A stretch of DNA of 63,903 nucleotides, the filler included, from Octopus bimaculoides (Eukaryota): assembly GCF_001194135.2 (NCBI RefSeq). It is 6 parts of 5 records of this genome, joined end to end, with 100 filler letters (N's around TTAATTAATTAA, not from the genome) between each part and the next. Parts side by side here need not be neighbours in the genome. Positions count along the whole stretch, not along the records: positions 1 to 28,791 come from NC_068989.1; 5 more parts are not named here. One strand, written 5' to 3'. This document shows positions 1 through 14,515 of this stretch, piece after piece (the first letter of the stretch is position 1; each line of letters starts with the position of its first letter). Below the pieces are notes generated by a model that saw only the letters and a program-made list of their open reading frames with translations, made no database searches and was not told the DNA's origin. A program made the position numbers and the translations under genes.

Positions 1-388
1 TTGCAGTATTAAACTTCGGCCGCTTACATTCCGGTCGACGGAATAACGAATACGTAATAGTTCGCAGTATGAGTTTTAATTTTTTTCCATGAAATTAACT
101 AAAATATAATTAATCCGTTCCAGCCCTCCAAAACCACTCAAAAATAATTTTTATGGGTTTTAAAACAGAAAAGGTGTAGTTACAAGTAAAATAACAATTA
201 TAAGAAAGAAAATACAAAAGAAATATGTAAACTAGTTTTATTAACTGAATTACCTTAAAGATGGGACGATTTGTGTACTCGTACTGCGGATTTCCGCTCG
301 TACTTCAAAACAAAAATTCGTACGAGACTCGGCTCCTACAGCATATTACTCGTACAATGGGGCACTCGTACTGCGAGGTTCTACTGTA
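1..388. mobile_element. Probable right end of a Tc1/mariner-superfamily (pogo/Tigger-like) DNA transposon
   Basis: Ends CGAGGTTCTACTG (374-386) followed by TA. The reverse complement CAGTAGAACCTCG resembles pogo/Tigger termini. CTCGTAC subterminal motifs are repeated at 277-371. The left end is not seen. Confidence 0.45.
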
Positions 389-926
389 CAACGAATATAT
401 TCCGGTGGTAACAGATTATAGAACTAGTCAAGTATTGGCGTTGATGTCAATATTATTGGCAAATTGCTCGTCTTGTGTTTACCTCAGAAACGATTATGTA
501 GTCAACACGCACACGCACATACACACGCACACACATGTGTATGTATGTCTGAATGTCTGTCTAATAGAATTTCTCTCTAGAGTTCTATATGCTTGTACAC
601 AAGTACATGAATACACACACATATATGAGAGTGCGTGCATGCGTGTATGTGTGTGTGTTTGTATCACGCTATTAACCCATTAGTGTCTAAACGAAGTAAA
701 AGGAGCTGATATATTTGCCAATTCTTAACCGATCACTGGTATAATGGCAACAAAATATGGCGAGGGTGGACGGCCAGAAGAATCTCTCAAATAAATTGAT
801 GCTAAGTGGAAAGACATTAAGATACGAATGGGGTTGTGAGGTGGTATAAATGTATGAGTATGTATGGATGGATGGATGGATGGATGTCTCTCTCTACCCC
901 TCCCCCCTCTATCTCTCCCTTCCCCG

Positions 927-960
<34 letters not shown>

Positions 961-1363
961 GTGTGTGTATATATATACATTGACACAAGCGCGCACACGT
1001 GCAAATATATTAATATGTTTGTATTTCCTTTCTCTCCCTATATAATTTCTCTCACTCTATGCATACATACACACTCATATANNNNNNNNNNNNNNNNNNN
1101 NNNNNNNNNNNNNNNNNNNNNNNNNNNNNNNNNNNNNNNNNNNNNNNNNNNNNNNNNNNNNNNNNNNNNNNNNNNNNNNNNNNNNNNNNNNNNNNNNNNN
1201 NNNNNNNNNNNNNNNNNNNNNNNNNNNNNNNNNNNNNNNNNNNNNNNNNNNNNNNNNNNNNNNNNNNNNNNNNNNNNNNNNNNNNNNNNNNNNNNNNNNN
1301 NNNNNNNNNNNNNNNNNNNATATACATATATATATATACGTATATATATATACACATATATAT

Positions 1364-1436
<73 letters not shown>

Positions 1437-1439
1437 CGC

Positions 1440-1470
<31 letters not shown>

Positions 1471-1496
1471 AGTGTATATGTGTGTGTGCGCGCGTT

Positions 1497-1574
<78 letters not shown>

Positions 1575-2029
1575 AAGGTTTGTATGCATGTGTGATAGTT
1601 TACCTACGTATACATATGTACATACATATATCTATGTGTGACTGTGTTTGTGTTTGCGTGTGAGTGTGTGTCTCTGTGTATGTGTGCGTGTGTGTGTAAG
1701 AATGCATACATGTATAATAATGCATGTGAGCATTCGTGTGTATGCATAAACAAAACAGTTGTGCCAAGATAATGCTGACAAGCTGCGTAGCTTTCTATCC
1801 CAAGGCTAAGACGCCATTGATATAAATTGTTAGGGAATAGGATTTTGGCATTGAACTGTGTTCCATGTCACTTCCACTCTGCTGTGGAGCGTGTTTCGCT
1901 GTAGAGGTTGGTGCGACACTGAACTATGCGGAGTGACTTGTGGCTTGTGGCTCTTTGTGTTTGGAATGGTTGGTGAAGGGCCTGAGTGTGTTTCTGTGTG
2001 TGGGTTCGTTAAAGACGATCAGATGTAGT

Positions 2030-2690
2030 GTAGGTGTATATGGGTGAGTGAAAGAGTGAGGAAGAGGGGTAGAAGTGGGAGCGTGAGGAAGAGGGGGAGA
2101 ATTTGAGAGCGTGAGGAAGAGGGGGAGAAGTGGGAGGGTCAGGGAGAGGAGGAGAAGTGAGAGCGTTAGGAAGAGGGGACAAAGGGGAGGAGAAAGAAGC
2201 AGGGGTAAGAAAATGAGAGGGAGAAAGAGAGAGTGGGGAGAGATGAGGGGAAGAGAGAGAGGGGAGAGTGAAGGGATAAAGAGAGAGGGGAGAGCGATAG
2301 GAGAAAGAGAGAGAGAGAGAGAGAGGGAAAAAGTGAGAGGGAAGAGATGGGAGAGAGAGAAGGAAAAAGAGAGAGTGGGAAAAAGAGAGAGAGGGAGATA
2401 GATGGGAAAGAGTCAGAGGGTGAGAGAGATGGGAGGAAGAGAGGGGGGAGAGAGATGAGAGGAGGGGAGAGAGATGGGAGGGGGGAGAGAGGAGAAAGAG
2501 AGAAGGAGAGAGAGATGGGAGAGAGAGGGAGAGAGAGAGATGGAGGGACAGAGAGAGGGAGAAAGAGAGAGAGAGATGTTTCAGTGAGTATGTGTGTGTG
2601 TGTGCATAAGAAATAGTATGCGAAAGAGTTAGTGCGTGCGAGAGAGAGGCATACAAAGTGAGAAAGATAGAGAGAGAGGGAGATTTGTTT
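2030..2690 (+). repeat. Purine-rich (GA) low-complexity tract with a ~27-bp imperfect tandem repeat at its start
   Basis: GAGCGTGAGGAAGAGGGGGAGAA-like units at ~2055-2175, followed by a GA-rich run. Confidence 0.8.
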
Positions 2691-3664
2691 CAAAGTGTGT
2701 GTGTGTGTGTGTGTGTGTTTGTGTGTGTGTGTAGGAAATAGTGTAATGTATATGAGAGAGGAAGTGCCTGAAGATGAGAGTGATAGGGAATAAGAGGTAG
2801 AGAGAGAGAGAGAGGAGGAGAGGGAGGGATATAGAAATGGAGAGAAAGATAGATAAAGAAGAAGTAAAGAAAGAAAGCGAACGCTAGAAACATAGATGCA
2901 GGAAAGTGAAAGTAGACGGAGATATACGATATGTAGAGGAGGATAATTAGAAAGAGTGGTGCACTAGAGGCAGAAGTGAAAGCGAAAGAATAGTGAATCA
3001 TAGGAAAAGGAATTGAGAGAGATAGAGAGATAGAAAGAGAGAGAAACAGAGGTGTACAGAATGGGAGGAAGAAAGAGAACAGAGAGAAAGAATGTGGAGG
3101 TGCAGAAATAAGGGAGAAAATGGTACTAAATAGGGATATAGTGCCACAAAGTAACGTTAGATTATGGATTAAAAAGATATGGAGGAAAATAAAGAGATAA
3201 AGTGAAGAATGAATTGATGAGTACCACATATTCCCCTCCATTTTCTTATTGCTATATAAATTAAGGGTAAAACTTCTTTTTACCCGCACCCATTTATTGC
3301 ACTTGGTAAAAACACTAGTGTAATAGTAATTGGGTATCCCTCCGGCAGTATATTGGATAGATATTATCGCGTAGTGGGTTGAATTCACAACCCCTAACTT
3401 TCTTGGATTANNNNNNNNNNNNNNNNNNNNNNNNNNNNNNNNNNNNNNNNNNNNNNNNNNNNNNNNNNNNNNNNNNNNNNNNNNNNNNNNNNNNNNNNNN
3501 NNNNNNNNNNNNNNNNNNNNNNNNNNNNNNNNNNNNNNNNNNNNNNNNNNNNNNNNNNNNNNNNNNNNNNNNNNNNNNNNNNNNNNNNNNNNNNNNNNNN
3601 NGGCATACACTGCATTCAAAGGTGTGCACAGACATATAGGCAGAATACATACATACATACATGC

Positions 3665-3741
<77 letters not shown>

Positions 3742-3943
3742 GAGAGGTTTAGTTCACTTGTGATCTAAACGAATAGGTATGCTGAGTAAGTGCTATAGTT
3801 GGTCATCCGTTAGGTTTCAAGTCCACAGCTAAGGCTGGATCTAGGGATCCGTATTAGGGTTCCGTTATATGACGTATATGTTATATTAGAGGGAAAAGCA
3901 AAACCAAGGTAGAACGAGTATCTTAAATAATTTAGAATAATTT

Positions 3944-4143
3944 AATTAAGGTAAGGTGAATCTGAAGTCTTACAGCTGTTTCTGGGGTAACCCAAGTGGT
4001 AGGTTAGCATGTCCTGAAGTCTTACAGCCGTTTCTGAGATAACCTAAGTGGTAGGTTACCATGTTCACACGTGGACATGCTAATCAACCACTTGGATTAC
4101 CCCAGAAACAGCTGTAAGACTTCAAATTCACCTTACCCTAATT
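3944..4143. repeat. Fold-back: ~71-bp inverted repeat plus an internal direct copy; probable Penelope pLTR fragment
   Basis: 3944-4014 is the near reverse complement of 4073-4143. The spacer 4015-4072 repeats the left arm directly. The arms contain GAAAC-AGCT-GTA. Confidence 0.75.
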
Positions 4144-4302
4144 GATATTTTCTAAATGTATATTCATACACCCACCCATATATATGAATGTATGTACGTA
4201 TTCATGTATGTTTTATTTTTTTATTTATGTACCCTTTTTAAAGCCTAGCCAGGCTCATGGGCCTGGTTTCCCGGTTTCTATGGCGTATCGCAGCGTTACT
4301 CA

Positions 4303-4496
4303 AGAAACAGGAAGAAAGAGTGAGGGAAAGTTGAGGCGAAAGAGTACAACAGGGGTCTCCATCCCCCCTCTGCCGGAGCCTCGTGGAGCTATAGGTGTTT
4401 TGCTAAAAAAACACACACAACGCTCGGTCTGGGAATCGAAACCGCGATCTTCCGACCGCGAGTCCGCTGGCCTAACAACTGGGCCATTGCGCCTCC
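4303..4496 (-). mobile_element. tRNA-derived SINE family A (5' half)
   Basis: Matches 8559-8951 and 51463-51824. The minus strand starts GGAGGCGCAATGGCCCAGTTGTTAGG and has a B-box-like GGTTTCGATTCCC. Confidence 0.85.
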
Positions 4497-4596
4497 ACAT
4501 TCATATATGTATGTATGTATGTATGTATGTATATATATGTGTGTTTATCTGCGTATGTTTGTATTTATCTAATGTATCTTCCACTCTCTGTCTCTG

Positions 4597-4639
<43 letters not shown>

Positions 4640-5407
4640 CTCACTCTCTCTCGCTTTCCCTCTCTCTCTCTCTCTTTCCCTCTCTCTCTCTATCCCTCTC
4701 TCTCTCTCTCTCTCTCGCTTTCCCTCTNNNNNNNNNNNNNNNNNNNNNNNNNNNNNNNNNNNNNNNNNNNNNNNNNNNNNNNNNNNNNNNNNNNNNNNNN
4801 NNNNNNNNNNNNNNNNNNNNNNNNNNNNNNNNNNNNNNNNNNNNNNNNNNNNNNNNNNNNNNNNNNNNNNNNNNNNNNNNNNNNNNNNNNNNNNNNNNNN
4901 NNNNNNNNNNNNNNNNNNNNNNNNNNNNNNNNNNNNNNNNNNNNNNNNNNNNNNNNNNNNNNNNNNNNNNNNNNNNNNNNNNNNNNNNNNNNNNNNNNNN
5001 NNNNNNNNNNNNNNNNNNNNNNNNNNNNNNNNNNNNNNNNNNNNNNNNNNNNNNNNNNNNNNNNNNNNNNNNNNNNNNNNNNNNNNNNNNNNNNNNNNNN
5101 NNNNNNNNNNNNNNNNNNNNNNNNNNNNNNNNNNNNNNNNNNNNNNNNNNNNNNNNNNNNNNNNNNNNNNNNNNNNNNNNNNNNNNNNNNNNNNNNNNNN
5201 NNNNNNNNNNNNNNNNNNNNNNNNNNNNNNNNNNNNNNNNNNNNNNNNNNNNNNNNNNNNNNNNNNNNNNNNNNNNNNNNNNNNNNNNNNNNNNNNNNNN
5301 NNNNNNNNNNNNNNNNNNNNNNNNNNNNNNNNNNNNNNNNNNNNNNNNNNNNNNNNNNNNNNNNNNNNNNNNNNNNNNNNNNNNNNNNNNTGAGTATACA
5401 GATACAG

Positions 5408-5441
<34 letters not shown>

Positions 5442-6744
5442 CACAGATACAGCACATATATATCTCTATACTCACACATCCGCGCACACGTATACACACA
5501 CACACATGCACACACACACACACATGCACACAAACACACATACATACATGCATATCTTGATGTCAGGTCTCAGCTCCTCGATACAATTTATCGATGAGTC
5601 AAGAAGACATGCAGACCTTAATTTAACATCAACTCCTTCCCGAGGATAACAGAGGAATCCAAGAACGAAGTAAAAGACAATAATTGAGTTAGCCCTCCAC
5701 CCACAGCGACCCTTATCTGGACCCCTGCTGATGGTTGGAATTGAGTTTTTTGTGGAGACTTCTAAGTTCCTAGAGGTACTTCACCGGATGGCTTCGCAGA
5801 AACCCAATTTGTGCTGTCACTAAATAAGTATATAAATATCTTTCACTCTATATATATGTGCAACATATATATANNNNNNNNNNNNNNNNNNNNNNNNNNN
5901 NNNNNNNNNNNNNNNNNNNNNNNNNNNNNNNNNNNNNNNNNNNNNNNNNNNNNNNNNNNNNNNNNNNNNNNNNNNNNNNNNNNNNNNNNNNNNNNNNNNN
6001 NNNNNNNNNNNNNNNNNNNNNNNNNNNNNNNNNNNNNNNNNNNNNNNNNNNNNNNNNNNNNNNNNNNNNNNNNNNNNNNNNNNNNNNNNNNNNNNNNNNN
6101 NNNNNNNNNNNNNNNNNNNNNNNNNNNNNNNNNNNNNNNNNNNNNNNNNNNNNNNNNNNNNNNNNNNNNNNNNNNNNNNNNNNNNNNNNNNNNNNNNNNN
6201 NNNNNNNNNNNNNNNNNNNNNNNNNNNNNNNNNNNNNNNNNNNNNNNNNNNNNNNNNNNNNNNNNNNNNNNNNNNNNNNNNNNNNNNNNNNNNNNNNNNN
6301 NNNNNNNNNNNNNNNNNNNNNNNNNNNNNNNNNNNNNNNNNNNNNNNNNNNNNNNNNNNNNNNNNNNNNNNNNNNNNNNNNNNNNNNNNNNNNNNNNNNN
6401 NNNNNNNNNNNNNNNNNNNNNNNNNNNNNNNNNNNNNNNNNNNNNNNNNNNNNNNNNNNNNNNNNNNNNNNNNNNNNNNNNNNNNNNNNNNNNNNNNNNN
6501 NNNNNNNNNNNNNNNNNNNNNNNNNNNNNNNNNNNNNNNNNNNNNNNNNNNNNNNNNNNNNNNNNNNNNNNNNNNNNNNNNNNNNNNNNNNNNNNNNNNN
6601 NNNNNNNNNNNNNNNNNNNNNNNNNNNNNNNNNNNNNNNNNNNNNNNNNNNNNNNNNNNNNNNNNNNNNNNNNNNNNNNNNNNNNNNNNNNNNNNNNNNN
6701 NNNNNNNNNNNNNNNNNNNNNNNNNNNNNNNNNNNNNNNNNNNN

Positions 6745-6783
<39 letters not shown>

Positions 6784-8031
6784 ATATATACATGTATGCA
6801 TTTATATATGAATACGCACAGTCTTACAAGCACATACACGCACACACAAGCACACACACGCACACAGAAGCACACACACGCACACACATGCACACGCACG
6901 CACAAACATTTACATTTACCGCCATTGTGGGTATCTAAGGCATTGTATAGAATGTCTAGCGTTTCTTACAACACAGTATGATATTATTCTGTTTTCATTG
7001 TGACTTTAAATACTTTACTTATGTATTTTAACACAATGCTGATATAATCTATAGAATATCTTACATTTTTAGGCAAATTAAAATACGATAGACATCTTGA
7101 CTCGGATATTTTATCATTCATGAATTAAAATCTGTGACACCTAAGTTAATTAAAGATATAATGGACAATAGAAAACTCAATAATTTATTGACGAACTGAT
7201 TCTGAAATCTGAATATAATATAAAACATCCTGATCAGTTTAGTATTATTTTAGTCTTTTATCTATTACAGCATACATTAGGATTGTAGTTTGTATTGTTG
7301 AGTACATTTTTCTAAACTGAAAACGTTTTTAATAGATGGTTTGCATAGTTATTGTAAGTACGTTACGGTAGATTAAAAACGCAAGTATGCTAGTTGTTAC
7401 TGTGTATGTCGCATGAGAACTTCTGAGGGAATTTGCTGCGCTAATATTCCCAGCGTGTTATGAATACATTGCCGTCGTAAAAGTGAGAAGTTGTTTTCCT
7501 ATGACATACACAACAGCGACTACCTTATTGGCCCTTGAATCTGCTGGCACGTATTTAGAACTAGTTTAAAAGCCGAACCCCGTACGGACTTTTACAGTAG
7601 CTCCTACAAGTTCTTCAATATCTCCTTTCGAACGCTTCAACTCACAAACTCTGCGAAACCACATGATCATGAAACCTTTCACTCTAACTTGGATTTAGTT
7701 TTAAATGAACTGAATTGAAAATATTTTTTTAATTCACAAAGTTTTGGTATTACTTTAAATGAAAATCTTCTAAGTTCACAAATTTTGGGAGTTCTTTAAA
7801 ATTTGAATTTTCAACTGTTAGCATATAGCAAATCCTCAACCAGGCCTGATGCCAATGCTTGATGTTCAAGAACCAAACGATTCCCAAAACGTATAATATG
7901 TTTATGCAGAGCAATTATAGATTGATATATATNNNNNNNNNNNNNNNNNNNNNNNNNNNNNNNNNNNNNNNNNNNNNNNNNNNNNNNNNNNNNNNNNNNN
8001 NNNNNNNNNNNNNNNNNNNNNNNNNNNNNNN

Positions 8032-8080
<49 letters not shown>

Positions 8081-8558
8081 TGTATGTATGTATGTATGTA
8101 TGTATGTATGCATGTATGCATACTATGTATGATAAAGAGATGGTTATTTTGACTTTATACTGTCTGAATTGCATAAACGTCGTGATACACATGTACTTAG
8201 ATTTCTGCCCGGTTTCTATTGAAACTTGAGTGAGGCTGGTGTATATAATGGGATGTCATCCAAGGCTAATAACGCGTTCTTACGCACAGAAAATCGTGGT
8301 CTGGCATGATGCTATGTTAGTATCTTTATATCGAGCTCCCAACATCAAGCTGTACATAATGTTTAAAATTATTGCAAGCGTTTTCGCTTCCTTTGTAATA
8401 CGAAAGAATGACATTCCAAACAGTAACACCACTCTCAGACGGCGGAATTTTCAGATATACTTCACAGCATGCTTAGAAAAGTTTAAGAAGGCTTCTAATG
8501 TGATTGCCAGAGCAAGTGGAAAGAATAGCCAGATCTCCCCCAGACAATACTAATATCA

Positions 8559-8951
8559 TTGTTGTTGTTGTTGGCACTCCGTCGCTTACGACGTCGAGGG
8601 TTCCAGTTGATCCGATCAACGGAACAGTCTGCTCGTGAAATTAACGTGCAAGTGGCTGAGCACTCCACAGACACGTGTACCCTTAACATAGTTCTCAGGG
8701 ATATTCAGCGTGACACAGAGTGTGACAAGGCTGACCCTTTGAATTACAGGCACAACAAAAACAGGAAGTAAGAGTGGGAGAAAGATGTGGTGGAAGAGTA
8801 CAGCAGCGTTCGCCACCATCCCCTGCCAGAACCTCGTGGAGCTTTTAGGTGTTTTCGCTCAATAAACACACACAACACCCGGTCTGGGAATCGAAACCGC
8901 GATCCTATGACCGCGAGTCCGCTGCCCTAACCACTTGGCCATTGCGCCTCC
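8559..8951 (-). mobile_element. tRNA-derived SINE family A, near full length, (AAC)n tail
   Basis: tRNA-like A/B-box head at the high-coordinate end; homologous to 26186-26532 and 51463-51824. Confidence 0.9.
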
Positions 8952-9479
8952 ACACTGATATTATAAACAACTGAGAAAAACCTCAAGTAAATTAGTCCTG
9001 AATATATCAGCCGCTGGTTTAGAATAAAATAAAAATAAAATTAAAAAATGGTACGGTTACACAAAAAACATATGTTTGTAGCGATAAGAGCTGATCCGGG
9101 TTTAGCAAAACAAAAGCAACGGATTTGATATTGTCGTATTAACGCCATCGCTTGGTTACTTAACCAAAAAGAAGCCGCATTTGGTTCCGTTCTATAATTC
9201 CTTCGATAAAAATCAATACTAATCCTATACAAATGTGCTTAAGTAGTTCTTTACTTTATTGGGCTTTGCTATACCCATGATTTTCTTGGTAAACAGAGTC
9301 TTTCATTCGCCTGTATCACTTAAACGTGACTCACATGTTTATAAAGTCCGGCCTTATGTATAAAGGGCATCGATTTATCCCTAAATCGATTTAGAAATTG
9401 CTTAGTCACACATTTAACACTTAAGTGTATCTTACTTTTTGAATTGCTATACATACTACAGATGTACATATATGTATAT

Positions 9480-9510
<31 letters not shown>

Positions 9511-10142
9511 NNNNNNNNNNNNNNNNNNNNNNNNNNNNNNNNNNNNNNNNNNNNNNNNNNNNNNNNNNNNNNNNNNNNNNNNNNNNNNNNNNNNNNNNNN
9601 NNNNNNNNNNNNNNNNNNNNNNNNNNNNNNNNNNNNNNNNNNNNNNNNNNNNNNNNNNNNNNNNNNNNNNNNNNNNNNNNNNNNNNNNNNNNNNNNNNNN
9701 NNNNNNNNNNNNNNNNNNNNNNNNNNNNNNNNNNNNNNNNNNNNNNNNNNNNNNNNNNNNNNNNNNNNNNNNNNNNNNNNNNNNNNNNNNNNNNNNNNNN
9801 NNNNNNNNNNNNNNNNNNNNNNNNNNNNNNNNNNNNNNNNNNNNNNNNNNNNNNNNNNNNNNNNNNNNNNNNNNNNNNNNNNNNNNNNNNNNNNNNNNNN
9901 NNNNNNNNNNNNNNNNNNNNNNNNNNNNNNNNNNNNNNNNNNNNNNNNNNNNNNNNNNNNNNNNNNNNNNNNNNNNNNNNNNNNNNNNNNNNNNNNNNNN
10001 NNNNNNNNNNNNNNNNNNNNNNNNNNNNNNNNNNNNNNNNNNNNNNNNNNNNNNNNNNNNNNNNNNNNNNNNNNNNNNNNNNNNNNNNNNNNNNNNNNNN
10101 NNNNNNNNNNNNNNNNNNNNNNNNNNNNNNNNNNNNNNNNNN

Positions 10143-10182
<40 letters not shown>

Positions 10183-10204
10183 TGTATGTATGTATGTATG
10201 TATG

Positions 10205-10322
10205 TATTTGTTATTTGTGTCTGCTTTTGTTCCTCCACCATCACTTGACAACCGATGTAGCGGTCGATTTGTTCGACCAAAGGCGGTGCTCCAGTATGGC
10301 CGCAGTCAAATCACTGAAACCA
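10205..10322 (+). mobile_element. SINE family C, 3' fragment
   Basis: ...AAAGGCGGTGCTCCAGTATGGCCGCAGTCAAATCACTGAAAC matches the 3' end of 46110-46497. Confidence 0.75.
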
Positions 10323-10451
10323 AAAATAGCATGAAAGAATATGTGTATGTAAATATGTATATAATAGACATAACATACCCAAATCATGTGTAGATGTGTA
10401 TATGATGTGCGTATGCGTATATATATATACGTATGTAGTATGTATACACTT

Positions 10452-10488
<37 letters not shown>

Positions 10489-11704
10489 AATGTATATAAA
10501 TGTATGTGTCCTCTTTTCCATTTGTTTGTTTGAGAAAATTAAATATCAACAGTTGCATCTTCTATTCACGCTGAGAATCCAGTTGTACACCTTACAAGCC
10601 TGCGGTGGAGTTAGTCTTCTTACAATTAATTTCACACTCCTCCTTCTCCTCCTCTTCCTCCATCTTCTCTTCCTCCCTCTACTTTCCTCCATCGCCTCCT
10701 CTATCAGTTCTTCCTTCTCTTCTCTTCCTTCTTCCCTTCGTTTCTCTATGTATTCTTTAGCATGAGTTTTCTTCCGTATCTTTATGATTCAACACGCCTA
10801 CCATCGCTATGATAGACAGCATCTTTCAGCAGCAGCAGCACCACCACCACCACCACTAAAAGCGCGCTTTAGTTGCGAGCGACCCTCCTGTGGTTTCAAA
10901 TATCTCAAGACTACGCTGCTCCATGTGTCCTTGCTTTTTTGGAGACATTAGGTGTTATTAGCTGGGCATTTGGCTGCTGTATTTCGTAGCTCGAACGACC
11001 ACGTAAAGTCTTCTTCATATTAGTTTTAATTGCTGTTGTTATTGTTGTTGCGGGTGTTTAGTCCTGGTGAACCCTTATAAAGCTGACCTATGATCAAGGA
11101 AATTAAGACCGACCCCCAACTAAATTTTCGTTTCGGGCATAGTAGATCTACAACTACAAACGTCTAATATTGTCGTTTTATTCGTTTATTCTTTTATTTG
11201 TTCCAGTCGTGTGACTGCGCCAAGCTGGAGCACTGCCTTCGGTCTAACAGGTCTTTTATGCCGCCACTACATTCCTCCACGTTACAAATTTAATTTAAAT
11301 TTAATTTGTGGTCCGTGGGAAGAGCCACTCTAACAATGCGTCCTGCCCTAACTCTTTGATACGCTTGGTTTTAGAATGGTGGCAGCTGATGAAGGAAATG
11401 TTCTCTATGTGGCCTGTGTGTTTTCTGTACTCCGTTTATCATTTTGTCCACGTTTTTTTGCTACGTCCTGTACCCAGATATGCATCTATATATACATGTA
11501 GATGTAGATATGTACATACATGTACATATATACGCATATACTCATATNNNNNNNNNNNNNNNNNNNNNNNNNNNNNNNNNNNNNNNNNNNNNNNNNNNNN
11601 NNNNNNNNNNNNNNNNNNNNNNNNNNNNNNNNNNNNNNNNNNNNNNNNNNNNNNNNNNNNNNNNNNNNNNNNNNNNNNNNNNNNNNNATATATATATATA
11701 TATA

Positions 11705-12073
11705 TATACGACATACTTCTTTCAGTTTCCATCTACCAAATTCACTCTCAAGGTTTTGGTCGGCCTGAGGCTATAACAAAAGACACTTGCCGAAGGTGCC
11801 ATGCAGTGGCATAATGCCCGGGTGTATCTTTTATTTGTTTGACTCATTAGACGGCGGCCATGCGACGGCACAACCTTTAAGAATTTTTAGTCGAATGAAT
11901 CGAACCCAGTATTTACTTTCTGTTAAGCCTTGTACACATTATATCGGATAAATCTTGCTGAACCACTAAGTTACAGGGACGTAATTACACCAACAACAGT
12001 TGTCAAGCGGTAGTGGGGAACAGACACTCACACACATTTCTCTCCTCTGTCTCTCTCTCTCTGTATCTGTCTA

Positions 12074-12139
<66 letters not shown>

Positions 12140-12300
12140 ACGACGGGCTTCTTTCAGTTTCCGTCTACTAAATCTTCTCACAAGGTTTTGATCGGCCTGA
12201 GGCTATAGCAGAAGACAATTACCCACGGTGTAACGCAGTAGGACTGAACCCGGAGCTATGTTGTTGAGAAGGAAGATCCTTACCACACATCCACTCCTGC
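11705..12300 (-). mobile_element. SINE family C copies (degenerate), with an internal (CTAT)n microsatellite
   Basis: Reverse complement of 46110-46497 segments at 11705-11810 and 11880-12300. Confidence 0.75.
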
Positions 12301-12589
12301 GTCAATATGTACATATGATTTGAGGGAGATTTAGCTACTTCTTTTAACAGGCCCAGTGACCACATAGTGAGTTCCTCGTTACTAATGATAATGTTGCTGT
12401 TGCAGTTGTTGGTCGTGGTGATGTTTATAATAGACTGGCATCGCTGATGTCTTAAAGCGGTTTTATTTGTAATATTATTATTATTAGTAGTAGTGGTGGT
12501 AGCGACGGCCATGGTAGTGACAGTCTTGCTGGGTCTAGTAGTATTAGAGTCGGTGGATGTTGATTTCGCTTTTGTGGATGGTGGTGTTG

Positions 12590-12620
12590 TTGATGATACT
12601 GATGATGATGACGATGGCGA

Positions 12621-12651
<31 letters not shown>

Positions 12652-12785
12652 GATAGTGATGGTGATGATGATGATGATGATGGTGATGATGATGGCGATG
12701 ATGATGATGAAGATGATGATGATGATGATAGTAGTTGTAGTGGTGGTGGTGTTTTAGGTGATGGCGGATTTGGTGGCGACGGTGG
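12590..12785 (+). repeat. (GAT)n/(GGT)n trinucleotide repeat
   Basis: Directly visible. Confidence 0.9.
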
Positions 12786-13574
12786 NNNNNNNNNNNNNNN
12801 NNNNNNNNNNNNNNNNNNNNNNNNNNNNNNNNNNNNNNNNNNNNNNNNNNNNNNNNNNNNNNNNNNNNNNNNNNNNNNNNNNNNNNNNNNNNNNNNNNNN
12901 NNNNNNNNNNNNNNNNNNNNNNNNNNNNNNNNNNNNNNNNNNNNNNNNNNNNNNNNNNNNNNNNNNNNNNNNNNNNNNNNNNNNNNNNNNNNNNNNNNNN
13001 NNNNNNNNNNNNNNNNNNNNNNNNNNNNNNNNNNNNNNNNNNNNNNNNNNNNNNNNNNNNNNNNNNNNNNNNNNNNNNNNNNNNNNNNNNNNNNNNNNNN
13101 NNNNNNNNNNNNNNNNNNNNNNNNNNNNNNNNNNNNNNNNNNNNNNNNNNNNNNNNNNNNNNNNNNNNNNNNNNNNNNNNNNNNNNNNNNNNNNNNNNNN
13201 NNNNNNNNNNNNNNNNNNNNNNNNNNNNNNNNNNNNNNNNNNNNNNNNNNNNNNNNNNNNNNNNNNNNNNNNNNNNNNNNNNNNNNNNNNNNNNNNNNNN
13301 NNNNNNNNNNNNNNNNNNNNNNNNNNNNNNNNNNNNNNNNNNNNNNNNNNNNNNNNNNNNNNNNNNNNNNNNNNNNNNNNNNNNNNNNNNNNNNNNNNNN
13401 NNNNNNNNNNNNNNNNNNNNNNNNNNNNNNNNNNNNNNNNNNNNNNNNNNNNNNNNNNNNNNNNNNNNNNNNNNNNNNNNNNNNNNNNNNNNNNNNNNNN
13501 NNNNNNNNNNNNGGCTGGCTGGCTGACGGATAAGGGAGAACAATTCTTCTTATCGACTGATTTCAAGAGCAGCC

Positions 13575-13900
<326 letters not shown>

Positions 13901-13989
13901 ATATATATAATATTTTATAATTATATGCATAATTATAACAAGGGTAAGAAATAGACGTTAAAGTCTATTTCTTACTATTCTTCTTAGTA

Positions 13990-14515
13990 TTATCGAGTGA
14001 GAGAGCAGTGCACGCCATCAAAGTGAGACTAGGGTTGAAATATACGAAGCCCAATACACCCATCATGACTACCCGTCTGATAAGAGTACACCAGGCACAT
14101 GCATCACAACCATATGTGCGTGACATGGTGATCTCATATCAAGATAAACAGCGCATGACCTCGCAGGTGGGGCCCAGTTAGAATTTTCTTCAGGTCGAGT
14201 AGCCCATCCCGCTCAAAAGATCCCTGAATAAAGTTTGTTTAAGGATGTTGAGCAAAACACCCATGTTTCCAAAGGTGAATTATCCAAACCCCAAAGAATT
14301 CCTCTCAACACATGGCTATGATGCTCCCCCGCTACTTCTCCTTGTGATCAGAGATGCACATATCGTCAGCCACATGCTCAGCTTGTTAAGGTCAAACAAC
14401 TGATAAGCAAATCTGTGGTATTGAGCAGAATATTTGCTGCAGCCCATCTTTTACACCAAGACAAAACTCATACATGATAATACTTCCAATCAGTTAAGAT
14501 CAGAAGCCATGAGTA
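13990..14515. repeat. Probable interspersed repeat (higher-complexity block in AT-rich DNA), family not assigned
   Basis: Sharp compositional boundaries. No second copy in the window and no coding motif recognised. Confidence 0.3.

Noticed and set aside
850-6938. Long ORFs rich in YI/HT/CV/SL or X here and throughout the window
   Set aside because: They are translations of dinucleotide repeats and N-runs.
8230-8553. 107-aa ORF (also the 98-aa ORF at 17680-17976)
   Set aside because: No recognisable motif or splice evidence; lengths are compatible with chance.
9369-9390. Perfect 9-bp hairpin ATCGATTTA-TCCC-TAAATCGAT; near-palindrome at ~10855-10873
   Set aside because: Isolated short palindromes are expected by chance in 64 kb of AT-rich DNA.
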